This document shows, piece after piece, positions 1 through 15,867 of a stretch of DNA of 64,000 nucleotides. Both the position numbers and the translations under genes were made by a program. This stretch comes from Octopus sinensis. Lineage: Eukaryota. The stretch covers positions 36,270,001 to 36,334,000 of the forward strand of contig NC_043009.1 of assembly GCF_006345805.1 (NCBI RefSeq), in the 5' to 3' direction. Numbering within the stretch: the first letter of the stretch is position 1; every line of letters starts with the position of its first letter. The notes under the pieces are model-generated. The model saw only the letters and a list, made by a program, of their open reading frames with translations, was not told the DNA's origin and made no database searches.

Positions 1-169
1 TTGGTACCATGAACACTTCGAAATCATATTGCCAATTATATAAACTACTTTGAATATTATTTTAGCAAATTTAAAGTGGTTTCTTTTGAGCCACAAATCA
101 TTTACCATTTCTGTGGTGCCCTCTTCCCTTGATGACCTAAGTGCGTGCTTAATTTGCTTTATGGTTAAT

Positions 170-893
170 CCAGCACTGTGTGTGTGTATGTATATGTATG
201 TGTTTATATGTGCATGTGTGTATGTATGTGTGTATGTATCTATGTTTGTACGTATGTACGTATGTGCGTGTGTATGTATGTATGTATGCATGTGTGTATG
301 TGTGTATGCATATATGTATGTGTGTATGTATGTATTATGTGTGTGTGTGCATGTATGTATGTATGCATGTTTGTATGTACCAATGAATGAATGAATGTAC
401 GTATATATTACGCAGGCATGTGTGTGTTCATGTATGAATGAGAGAGTATGTGAACATAGTCGTTTGAGCGTATGAGAGCGCACACACTTGTGTTTAAAAA
501 GTGAGACTATAAATATATATATGTGTGTGTGTGTGTGTGTGTATTTAGTTCTGGGTAGGAGTGAGAAACATGGGTGTACGTATGTGTGTCTAAGAGCGTG
601 TGTAGTTGTATGTTTGGTTCATATGTGCGTGGTTGCGTGAGTATATGTACGCATGAATGTGTTGATGGTAATGTTTTAGCGCATGTATAAGTGTATGAGC
701 ATATCTATAGGGATATTTGTGAGCATACAGCAGTGCTTTTGGGCGTGTGTATGTGTGTGTGTTTGTGTGTGTGTATCTGTGTGTGTGTGTATCTGTGTAT
801 GTGTGTACGTGAGAGAGAGAGATAGAGACTTTGTGTGTGTGTGTGTCTGTGTGTGTATCTGTGTATATGTGTACGTGAGGGAGAGAGAGAGAG

Positions 894-933
<40 letters not shown>

Positions 934-1330
934 AGAAGTCAGAGCGGGGGCAAACTGTTTAGTTAAGGTGAGAGTAAATTTACAAGACACTGGGAAGAGA
1001 TAAAAGCGCCACCTTGTGAGGAACATGGAGATAGAAGAGTATCATAGACCAAAGCAACGACAGACACATACACTCAAGCACGCACTTATGTGTGTGTGCG
1101 TGTGTGTGTTGTGTGTGTGTATAATACATACAAACACTTTCACAAACATATACACACACACACAGCAATCATACAAGATAAGCAAGAAGAAATAATGCCC
1201 CTCCCCCTCCTCTTATGTTAGCTGCGAAAGGTGGGGAAGGGATATGGTAAAAGTAGAATAAAGGAAGAGGTAAGAGAGAATAGAGAGGTGGAGGGGGTTC
1301 GTCTGCGTCTGAGATATATGTATATGTAAG

Positions 1331-1379
<49 letters not shown>

Positions 1380-1990
1380 GTGTCCTTTCGTTTGCCGGCT
1401 CACTCGTGTGTATACACACACACACACACATATACACACTCACCCTTATATACACTATATAACACACTCGCTATCATTCATTGTATGCAATCACTACTGT
1501 TGCCATACAATTCCACCACTATGTGCCACTGCTAACAATACATTGCTAACATCACCACCACCACCAACACCAACACCACCACCACCAACAACAACAAAAG
1601 CAATGCAACGCTGAGGCCATCGCTATATCACTAGCATCACCACCACCACACCACCAACACAGCGCTAATATCACCACTTCCATCGCCACCACCACTACCA
1701 CCGTCACTGACACCACTAACAAAACAAGGCTAACACCACCACCTCCCTAGACCACCGCCATCCTCTCGTAAACTGTAAACTGTCCGCCATATTGATCCGT
1801 CAGTTGACAGAATCGTTATCTGATTGTTTCCCCCAATTACGACTAAATGGTGTTAGGATCAAATGTACTTCCGGTAGAGAAATAAAGGGGAGATAAACAA
1901 ACGAAAGGAAAATGGTCGACTTGAAATGCATCCTTAACGGTCTGAACTGTCTAAAGTAACGATTGAAATGATGATTAGCAATAGGGTGTA

Positions 1991-2087
<97 letters not shown>

Positions 2088-2223
2088 GTTTGTGCGTGTT
2101 TGTGCGTGTGTTCGTGTGTGAGCTGCTACCGTTTCTTTTGCTTTCTCTTTAATGCCTTTATGTCAACACCCACGTTTATATTTAATATATACAAATACGT
2201 ACATGTACATACACGCGTACACA

Positions 2224-2301
<78 letters not shown>

Positions 2302-2340
2302 ATATAATATACGTATGTATGTTTGCTTCTGTGTGCTAGT
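170..2340. repeat. Compound microsatellite field: (TATG)n, (TG)n, (GA)n, (TA)n, (CAC)n
   Basis: Directly visible simple repeats; the ORFs here are repeat translations (VCVC, YIYI, HTHT). Confidence 0.95.
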
Positions 2341-2533
2341 ATGTATTAAATACATTTGGACATACACACAGACATATATATGCATACAGTATTTTCACTA
2401 CTTCAGCAAGCCAGTATTTTTCCGTCTGTATACAAACAGTTTTTTATCCAAAACGTCCGGATCGCTCTATATTTAAACCCTAATGGCTGACAACCATATG
2501 TAACGAAACTTAACAAAATCCTGTCTCTTTCTA

Positions 2534-2583
2534 TACCCACTGAAGGAGCGAGTTGTCGCCGAAACATCTAGACGTCCTGGGTA
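2534..2583 (+). ncRNA. Degenerate type I hammerhead-like motif (Penelope type)
   Basis: TACCCA-CTGAAGG-A-GCGA gttg TCGC-C-GAAA-CATCTAGACG-TC-C-TGGGTA. Stems I and II pair and stem III is one change from the palindrome CGTCTAGACG, but the core deviates from CUGANGA. Confidence 0.4.
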
Positions 2584-2879
2584 ATTTCCATGTAATAATT
2601 ACACATAGACGAGAGTTATATTAGTTTGAATCGCAGAGTTTCTCTCTTCCCAAAGAATTAGTTTGAAGAATGAGACAGAAATTGTCGTGGACCGCAACAA
2701 AACATGAATGCCGAACTAATAATACTTAACTAACACTCCCGTGGTTACTTTAAAAGTTGTAAGATGATTGGAAGCTTATAGAGAACCATGAGATATATAT
2801 TTTTATACTTGGCAATGGTCTGGGTGTTGGAGTTCTGCCAATTAAACATACGCACTATTTATTTATGCAACTACCTATA

Positions 2880-4105
2880 CCGAGGAAAAGTTAATTGAGT
2901 TTACCACACGGTGATGGATAACAGGTGATTGACTATAAATCAAATAACCAATGCTATTAGCATATCCTGTGAGAGAATAGAGAATATTCTCTATAATGAA
3001 CTTGACATGACGAAGGTTTTTGCTTGGTGGGTTCCACGTCTTCTGATACCTACTTAAAAATGCACCAGAGTGATCACATGACGGAAAATCTGACATTATT
3101 TCAGTCAGATCCTGCTGGTTTCTTTGAACGTTTCCTAACCCAGGATGAGTATTGGCTTCATCGCTTTGAGCCAGGGCTTCATCGCTTTGAGCCAGGGCTT
3201 CATCGCTTTGAGCCAGGGCTTCATCGCTTTGAGCCAGGGCTTCATCGCTTTGAGCCATACACAATCCTGCAGAGGAAACACCCCACCTCACCCGCTCTAA
3301 AGAAGACCAAGGTCGTTTCATCTGCAGAGAAGGTGATGGCCTCAATTTTGGGGAAGGCTAAAAGCATCGTGTTTATTGTCTACCATCAATGGATAGTACT
3401 ATGCCAACTTGCTGAGGCAGTTACGAAAGGCTACCAAGATCAAACGCCCAGGAAAACTAACAAAAGGAGTCTGTTTCATCAGGACAATGCTCCAGCACAC
3501 AAGTCCTTGTTTTCAATGGCTGATGTACGTGACTATGGCCTTAAACTGGTTGATCGCCCTCTTTATTCTCCTGAATTGACACCATCTATCATCTGTTCCC
3601 CAGCATGAAAAAATACTTGGTTGGGAACCAGTATTGTAGTGGGGCAGAAAGGGCTCCTTAGCCGTAGTGAAGGCAATCTATCTAGGGAGATATCCTTACA
3701 ATAAATCACTCGGTCCGTAGCTTAGAAATACTGGGTTGACGTCCAGCGGGAACAGCTTTGTTTCATGGAGGAGGAAAGATCTTCTTTAGTACTTGATTGT
3801 ACAATGCTTTCCAATGTGTGTAGTAGTGGTGCGCGCACACATTATTAGCCATTTGAAAAGACTATGAAAGTCTCGACCACGGTCGAACAATGATGATGAT
3901 TGTAGTGATGACGGCGTTATATCTGCTGTTGATGATATTTCTGACCAAGAGAATGAAAGCTTCTTCTCTAATGGGATCTAAGCACTGCAACACCAATGGA
4001 AGAAGTATGTAAACAGCAAGTGGGACTATGATGAAAAATGAACCTCATCAGGTCACATTCCATGAGATTATAAGTCGGCCTTTGAACTTTTCAGCCGACC
4101 TCGTA
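2880..4105 (+). mobile_element. Decayed mariner transposon, 5' end not identified
   Basis: Fragments WVPRLL (~3027), FLTQDEYW, FHQDNAPAH, LYSPELTPS; right TIR-like AACTTTTCAGCCGACCTCG+TA ending at 4105; frameshifts, an internal 21-bp repeat and a nested insertion. Confidence 0.88.
3642..3898 (+). mobile_element. Short non-autonomous retroelement with an RTE-type 3' tail, nested in the mariner
   Basis: Flanked by the 9-bp direct repeat ATTGTAGTG (3633-3641, 3899-3907); its 3' end GTCTCGACCACGGTCGAACAATGATGATG matches the 3' end of the RTE fragment at ~8470-8500 (minus). Confidence 0.75.
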
Positions 4106-4499
4106 TGTGCATGTACGTATATATGTATGTATGTATGTATGTGTATGCATGTGTGAGTGACCCCTCCGCCTTTTGTGGGTATAAAAAAAGGAGTCGGAGG
4201 CTGCCTGTTTGACTCGAACCTATATCTCCAGTCGATATAACAGGCTTTCTATCATTGTACCATAGCAATCCTTCGAAAATTACAACCCATTTTAGAAACT
4301 TTATTCTTACCATCGAAAATTGTCTGTTGTTGATATTTTAAGAATTTATAAACTTTCGAGAGAAAACGTGCAATAATGTTTTTGGAATTTTACATGCTTA
4401 TTATTTGTAGTTTTATGTGTTCTTCGACAGCCAATTTCGAAAAAGAAGAATTCCACGTTCTCTCGAAAGTTTATCAATACTTATGACCTCAACACACGC

Positions 4500-4518
4500 G
4501 CGCGTGCACACACACACA

Positions 4519-4565
<47 letters not shown>

Positions 4566-5463
4566 TAAATACATACATACATACATACATACATACATAC
4601 ATACATACATACATACATACTACATACATACATGCATATATGCATACATACATACATACATACATACATACATACATACATACATACATACATACATACA
4701 TACATACATACATACATACATACTTCTCCCGTTTTGCATGTATACACATAAACATATTTTGTATTTCATACCGAAGCTGTTATATGTAATATATCTAATT
4801 TGTGTATCCACATAATTGCTTGCATATCTGCTGAATTTGATCCTTCTTATATCCATTCTTTACCCCGCGGAATAGATCCCCTGTAAAGACATCAGAGTCT
4901 AAGTTTTAATTTTTTGAGCACTACTAAGTGTCTTCTAAACAGAGAATCTCTGGATCTCATTTGTGAACTAAATACATACACATACATACATACATACATA
5001 CATGCATACATACATACATACATACATACATACATACATACATACATACATACATTATACCTGCATGCATACATACATACATGCATACATACATACATAA
5101 TACATATCATACATACATACATACATGCATACATACATACATACATACATACATGCATGCATACATACATACATGCATACATATCATACATACATACTAC
5201 ATACAGACTACATACATATATACCTGCAATGCATACATACATACATGCATACATCCATACATACCATACAATACATACATACATACATACATACTGCATA
5301 CATACATACATACATACATACATACACACACACCACAACACACATACATACATACATACAACATACATACATACATACATACATACATACATACATACAT
5401 ACATGCATGCATGCATGCATGCATGCATGCATACATACATACATACATACATACATACATACA

Positions 5464-5497
<34 letters not shown>

Positions 5498-5518
5498 CAT
5501 ACATACATACATACATAC
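4500..5518. repeat. (CA)n and long (CATA)n/(CATG)n microsatellite arrays
   Basis: Directly visible. Confidence 0.95.
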
Positions 5519-5629
5519 TTCTACAGTTGGAATAGACGAAGAATACTGTTTACAACAGTTTACCAATTGGCAATCTGTAAGATAACTGTCCTGATATAAA
5601 GACCACCTACCTCCGTGCTTCGTTTTTCC

Positions 5630-5795
5630 TGACTCTTTGAATTACCGGTCCTACTCGTTTTTTGCCAGCTGAGTGGACCGGATCAACGTAAACTTAAGCG
5701 CCTTGCTCAAGGAAAGCAACACGCCGCCGGTTTTCGAACTCACGACCTTACTATCGTGAGCCGCATACCCTAACCACTTAGCCACACGCCTTCAT
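5630..5795 (-). mobile_element. 5' part of a tRNA-derived SINE
   Basis: Minus strand reads GAAGGCGTGTGGCTAAGTGGTTAGGG (A box) ... GAGTTCGAAAACC (B box); similar copy at 19790-19925. Confidence 0.7.
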
Positions 5796-6104
5796 GACGG
5801 TGATGTAATGACACACACACAAACATCATAGACCACATCAAGAAAAAGCCTGTCTGTCAAAGATTCCCTTCCTAACACACTGTATACTACAGCTTTAACT
5901 TCTGATCCACTAAATATATCGCACACTATATACGCCCATATATATCTCACGTCTTTACATTTCGGTCTTTATAAAAAATACTTGATCGGTTATTTCTTCC
6001 CATAACTTCACCTTTTTAGAATTTCCCTCCCCGCAGCCCACATTTTTCTGTATTCTTTTCGACTTCGAATCATTTCTCTAATGATGTATTGCAATGGCTA
6101 TGCA

Positions 6105-6480
<376 letters not shown>

Positions 6481-6670
6481 TGTATTCGTGTATGCATATA
6501 TGCATGCGTGTGCACATCCCGTTGAAACCATGAAATGGACCGTAAAATTAAGAGAAAAACCTAAAATCTCAAAAGCCTCAGGACCAGACTACTTGTTCAC
6601 CCATCCTTAAAAAAGTAGGATCAATGGGAAACTACCAATAGTAAATGTAAGCACACACACACACTTAGTT

Positions 6671-6706
<36 letters not shown>

Positions 6707-8092
6707 ACCTAAATTTCTAACACTCACTTACCTACAAATTTTAGGGGAGAAATTAACTCAGTAAAATTGACATCAGTTCATGGTAGGACGAAAAGAAAAG
6801 GTGGCATAAGCCGGATTCGAAATCTGGAATAGTAAGATACGTAACTAAATACCACAAGTTATTTTGTCCGATGCTCTATCGATTCTGCTAATGCACCACC
6901 ATTGTCACAGATAATTATATCCCTAGATATACATAATCACCTTCTACGAGTGTCCAATACTGTGCCACCGTTTTCGTTCGATCTTAGAGTTAATGAAGGC
7001 TTTTTTTCCTTTTGATTTGCTCCCACAAGTCTTGCAATGGAATCCCTCAGATGCCTCCATCCCACCCAGAGCGAAAAGAACAGGACCAAGGAATTCATGG
7101 CAACGTAAATGAAGAACGAAGAGAGATCTGAATGGATCTGGGGTATATGGATAAGAAGGTCCAGGAGAGGGGTAAATGGAAGTATGTGACTGATGGTATA
7201 TGCCCCAGGAGAAGCCAAGAATTGAGTGAGTGATACACTGAAATGTGAATATGAAATAAAATGAACCTATAGATGTAATTTTGAAAGCACTAATATTTCT
7301 TATCTCCGTCCTGTATCTGCAGTTACTATATCAGATATTGTCTAACCAACACTTATATTGATATCAGTATATATAGTTATATAAAAAGCAGGCATCATTG
7401 ATTGAAGTTGGCCAGCTTTCAATACAACAGCAAAGGAAATGGAGAAATGGCAGCTTTTTGTTTTGACTTTCCCTCTTTCTTTCTTTTTTTCTTTCTTTTA
7501 GATCTATTCCGGCACAGACCGCCAAGTCTCCAAAACTAGACATTAAATATTCCCATAAATACGATTCCCTTGAACTATAACGTTTTCTTCTTCATTCTTT
7601 CGCCCTTATGGGACTACTTAAATGGAATAAACCATAGTTAACAACTATGTTCAAATTATACCATGAATATAAAAGAAATCAAACAAGCAGACGACAGCTA
7701 CATTACGCCATTTCAATTTTCCTTATTACCCTTACAACAACGATAATAACTCTACATTTGCGAAAATATATACCAATAAAATTCTCTATTTTCTCTTTTC
7801 CTGCGGAAGTCAAATTTCTAGGCAACAATAACATTTCTAGCTAATACAGAAAATTAAATGATAGAATCAATACAATTAACCGATTTCAACCCAATTAACA
7901 CTGAGATCGATCGGGTTCTGTCCCCGTTCACGTCAGTTATTTTATTTTATTTTATTTTTTGTTCTTGTTATTATTTTTCCATCCTTCGGTGCCTCTATTA
8001 AAGCTTCTGCTTTGCAAGAGATATAAACAACTCCGATTCGGTTTCAAATCCTTGTAGCAGTTATATTTCATATGACTATGACCAGAGGGAAG

Positions 8093-8305
8093 GTGGTGAG
8101 CTTGTAGAATCGTTAGAGCAACGGACTAAAAATGTTTAATGTTATTTCTTCCAGCTCTTTATGGCCCGAGTTCTATCTCTGTCGACTTTGTCTTTCATTG
8201 TTTCGAGGTCGATAAAATGAAGTACCAATCGAGTACTGAGGTCGATATAATCGACTAACACCCTCTCCCTAAAACTGCTGGTTTTGTGCTACAATTTAAA
8301 ACAAT
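8093..8305 (+). mobile_element. Abundant SINE family, one of many copies (others near 24063, 24780-, 26320, 26945, 29910, 36925-, 41450-, 42400-, 57545-)
   Basis: Copies share GGTGAGCTGGCAGAA...GAGTTCAAATTCC...GTCGACTTTGCCTTTCATCCTTTCGGGGTCGATAAAATAAGTACCAG, recurring through the window. Confidence 0.75.
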
Positions 8306-8467
8306 TACTATGACCAGGATCTAAACTACAACTGGTACTTATTTTATCGGTTCAGACGAATGGTGGGCTAATGTCTACCAAAATTTACTAATTACCGTAC
8401 TAAAACATTTTGTACGCCGACCAACTGACCAATTCTGGCAATCCGCTGCCATTTGAAGTAAGAACAT

Positions 8468-8955
8468 TTCATCATCATTGTTCGACCATGGTCGAGACAA
8501 TGGAATTTACTATGTTACGCCAGACTCCACGGTCCATCATAGCATTACGGAGGTCCTTTTGCTGGATGCCTGTATCCCTGGAGATTACATCAGGGTAGGA
8601 GAGTGTGCGCCCTCTGGTATCGCGAGCAGATAGCTTCCAGAGGAGAAGAGTAAAAATTACCTCGTTTTCAGCTCTACAACAATGTCCAGCAAACTGGACT
8701 CTTCTACCTTTCACAAGAGATGATACAGGTGGTAGTTTCCCATATATTTGTACTTTGGTTGGATGACGATTCCACGAGAGATTTTGAGCTCTCATAAGGA
8801 GGCGAGTGTAAGTTCCATCCAACTGCCTCTAAAGCTTCTTTGATAACGTCCGGGTTTCTGAGCCATATAGTAGAATTGGTTCGACTGTGGCTTTGATGAT
8901 TTCAAGTTTGAAGTCTCTACTTAGATTTGATGACCAGATCTTATGCATATCAGTT
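8468..8955 (-). mobile_element. 3' fragment of an RTE-clade LINE
   Basis: VEPILLYGSET, GTYTRLL, QFAGHC, AMMDRGVWR motifs followed by an (ATG)n tail. Confidence 0.8.
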
Positions 8956-9349
8956 GAATATTGCATAATCGAATGCAAAATTGGAATACTCGCTTTTAAA
9001 GAATGAGTGTTCGACAAAAATTATAGGAAGTAATGTTAAGACAAAGAACAGGAAAAAAAACTGAAAATCCAAAGAAAGGAATTGAATGTCCACTTGTCTT
9101 CTTTTTGTTTCCTTATTTTCTTATGATTGTAGAAGAGAAAACTCTTTTTGCTATATAGCAACCAGCTTCCACCTAAACCATGAGCTAGATCAAAAACAAA
9201 ACAAAAAAATACACATTTGGAAATCTAAAAATAAAAAAAACGACAAAATTAAATATCCACCACCTCTACTAACACCACTTACATCCCCACTACCTCCCGA
9301 ACACTGATAATAAATCAGAGTAACAGCCACTACCAGAATCAGAAAACTC

Positions 9350-11760
9350 AGTATGTTCATAGGCGTCTATACTTTACACCATTTGCATATAAAATTCCAT
9401 AATTTAAATGCAGGTTTATACACGGATGATAGCCTTATAGTGACACGTAACATGAACGGGTATGAATTCGATAGCCTTAGGAAGAATCGTATTGTATTCT
9501 TCCAAAGAATGTACTTTAAAATTAGTTGTCATGAATTTTAGAGGTGTTGACTTTTCAGATATCAATCTAGATTTGAGATCGATTTTAAGCCTAATGAAAG
9601 GCTATTTTTGATCAATAAAGGATGAAACTACTCGTCCTGAATTCTTAAGAATATGGTCACTAACATAGGCAAGCGCATTGTCATCGAACGAGGTAGCCTT
9701 TTACGATGCCTCCCCGCATTTTAATAATGCGCTGTGCAATAGTTGGTTCCCAGAGAATATCCCCTATGTCGATAGTGGGAGCAACACCAGAAGAACTCGT
9801 AGAACTACGAGTTGAAAGGTCTTTTAATATAATCCAGCATCTAGCATAAGTGTTAGAAGTAATGTAGGTAGAGAATTTCAAAATTAAGTTTCAATACATT
9901 ATTCAAGTAACCTTAAATATCCCAGAATCTTCGACAGAAGAGCGCTAAAGGTTAGCTATTCTTGTTGCAAGAACTTCGTCACTTTTGTCAATATGACCAT
10001 TCTCAGTAAATCTAAAGAAATTACTGAAGTGCCTTAATTTAAAGACCTTGGAAGTTGTATTTTAAATGGTAATTGCCTTATTAAAGGTGTTATATAGAGA
10101 GCTAAACAGAATGGCAACACCTCTACATTTAAAACTTATACTGGTGGTGCTACAGAAAATTGCTTCAAAACAAAACATTACTCACGCAGAAATTCTTTTA
10201 AATATTCTGAGAACAGGTCGACAACAACCTTCACTAAGCATTATGACAATTAAAAGAATCGAGATCTGTCCCACTTAAAATATATTAATCTATTGGGCTG
10301 GCAACTAAGTTCCCGCCGTTTTTTTTTTTTTTATTTATTTAAATGTTTTAAAAAGTTTAATAAAAAATATCAACTAATTAATCAATAATGAATTCACCCT
10401 TGTTGTTTACAACTTCTTCCCAACGTTCAACAAGATTTTCGATACCTCGTTGGTAGAAATCACCCGATTTCGACTCGAAAAATTGATCCAACCAAGCTCT
10501 CAATTCTGCATCAGTATTGAATGAAACTCCGTGAATAGCATTTGAAAGAGATCGAAAGAGGTGGAAATGCGTTGGTGCCAAATCAGGAGAGTATGGCAGG
10601 TGTGGCAGCACTTCCCAGCCATGCGTTTGAATGGCTTCCTTGGTCATATTGGCGATATGAGGGCGGGCGTTGTCGTGCAGCAGAACTCCATGCTGCCCAT
10701 TAGGTCTTTTCTCTTGAATAACTGTGTTGAATCGTCCCACCTGTTGAACATAGAGTTCCTCGTTGACCGTTTGGTTCCGTTCAAGCAATTCGTAATGGAT
10801 AATCCCTTACCAGTCCCACCATACGCACAACATCGTTTTACGCGGATGAAGATCTTGTTTCACGCGCGGTGTCGCTTGTTTACCGAGGCTAAGCCATTCC
10901 TTACGCTGCTTCATATTGATGTACAGGCACCATTTTCGTCGCCAGTAACGATTCGGTAAAGAAATCGTTGCTTGTGTCCATGCGCTGAGCGGTGACGAGC
11001 AAGCAAACCAGCGGAGATTGTGGCTCGTTGATTTCTGTTGTTGTCACTTAAAGCATGCGGAACCCATGTTCCATACTTCTGAACCTTTCCCATAGAGTGA
11101 AGATGCTTCTCTATAGCAGCGTGGGAGCATTCCATTTTCTCTGCCAGTTCCCTTGTCGTTTGGCGAGAATTTTCGTGCAAAAGTTGGTTTGATCGCTCTT
11201 CATTGAACTCAACTGGACGGCCAGAACGGGGTGCGTCTTTGAGGACAAAATTTCCATTTTTGAACTTGGCATACCAATCACGAGCGGTTCTTTCAGCTAT
11301 GGCACCCTCTCCATACACAGCACAAATGTCGCGTGCAGCTTTTGCGGCCTTAGAGCCTTGATTAAGAGCAAAAAGAAGGAGGTGTCGAAAATGCTCGTTT
11401 TTCTTAACTTGACATTCCATTTTAATGATCAAACAAAAATTAACTAAAATTAACTAGAAAAAAAAATAGATTCCAAAATGATTCAAAAATAGAATTCTCG
11501 AAAAAATTGAATTCCAAAATTTAAAAACGCAATAAATTCCAAAATTTAAAAAAAGCTGCGGGAACTTAGTTGCCAACCCACTATTTTGGAGAAAGCTAAC
11601 CCTTATGGGTATGGATCGCGCCGAAATTCTAAAAGATGTCCGTTGAGCTTGAGAGAAAAGTACTTTATACTGTTCCGAGGCAAATATGCAAGACTTCTTG
11701 AACTTCAGTAGACGCACTTCTAAATATTCTCTGTGTTGTCAAACGATTCTATAATGTTGA
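9350..11760 (+). mobile_element. Highly decayed Penelope-like element (RT plus GIY-YIG), interrupted by a mariner
   Basis: GLYTDDSL (RT motif C-like) near 9410; after the mariner the sequence resumes ILEKANPY, typical of the PLE GIY-YIG C-terminus. Confidence 0.55.
10293..11581 (-). mobile_element. Full-length 1289-bp mariner (mellifera-subfamily-like) with a frameshifted transposase
   Basis: TIRs TTGGGCTGGCAACTAAGTTCCCGC / GCGGGAACTTAGTTGCCAACCCAC with TA on both sides; ORFs 10911-11432 (HTH, RSGRP, WVPHAL, IVTGDE) and 10378-10788 (HDNARPH, YSPDLAPTH, third Asp replaced by His). Confidence 0.95.
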
Positions 11761-12260
11761 GCCCTTTTGAGACTCACTAAATATTATCGATCTTTTAAAA
11801 TAACCCTGTTCCTTATATATAATCCGGGTTTCTTTTTGTTGACACCTTTTGCACAGTGTTTTCTTTTTTTTTTCCATCTTTCCTTTTCCTTTCCAGACCG
11901 TCCATATTGGTTATACCGTATTCCTTTCGTTCTTTTAACGATTCTTTAGACCTTATACGTTAACTTTATACCTAGCGTAACTTTTCCAACCATTATTAAT
12001 TTTAGTTTTATGCTTTGAAAATATCTATTTTATACTTTATGTAAACACATCACAGAAAGCAAATGTGAGGGAGGAGGGGAGGAGGATGGGTGGATGGGTG
12101 GGTGGGTGGGTGGGTGGGTGGTGGTGGTGGTGGTGGTGGTGGTGGTGGGTGGTGGTGGTGGTGGAGTAAGAGGAGGAGGAGAGGAGGAGGGGAGGGGGAG
12201 GAGGAGGAGGGGAGGGGAGGAGGAGGAGGATATTGACGATGAATTAAAGCTAAGAAGATT

Positions 12261-15450
<3,190 letters not shown>

Positions 15451-15475
15451 TATATATATATATATATATAATATA

Positions 15476-15518
<43 letters not shown>

Positions 15519-15545
15519 ATGTATGTACGTATGTATGTATGTATG

Positions 15546-15579
<34 letters not shown>

Positions 15580-15724
15580 TGTATGTATGTACGTATGTAC
15601 GTACGTATGTATGTGTGTGTAGGTATGTATGAATGCACGTTTGTATGTATATATCTATATACATATGTATGTATATATGTGTGTGTAGGTATGTATGAAT
15701 GCACGTATGCATGTATTTATATAC

Positions 15725-15755
<31 letters not shown>

Positions 15756-15867
15756 TGTATGTATGTATGTATGTATGTATGCATGTATGTATGTGCAGAT
15801 TTGTATGTTTTGCTTTGAGTATATATTCTCATGCATATATTTACGTATCTAGATATGCTCATATATA

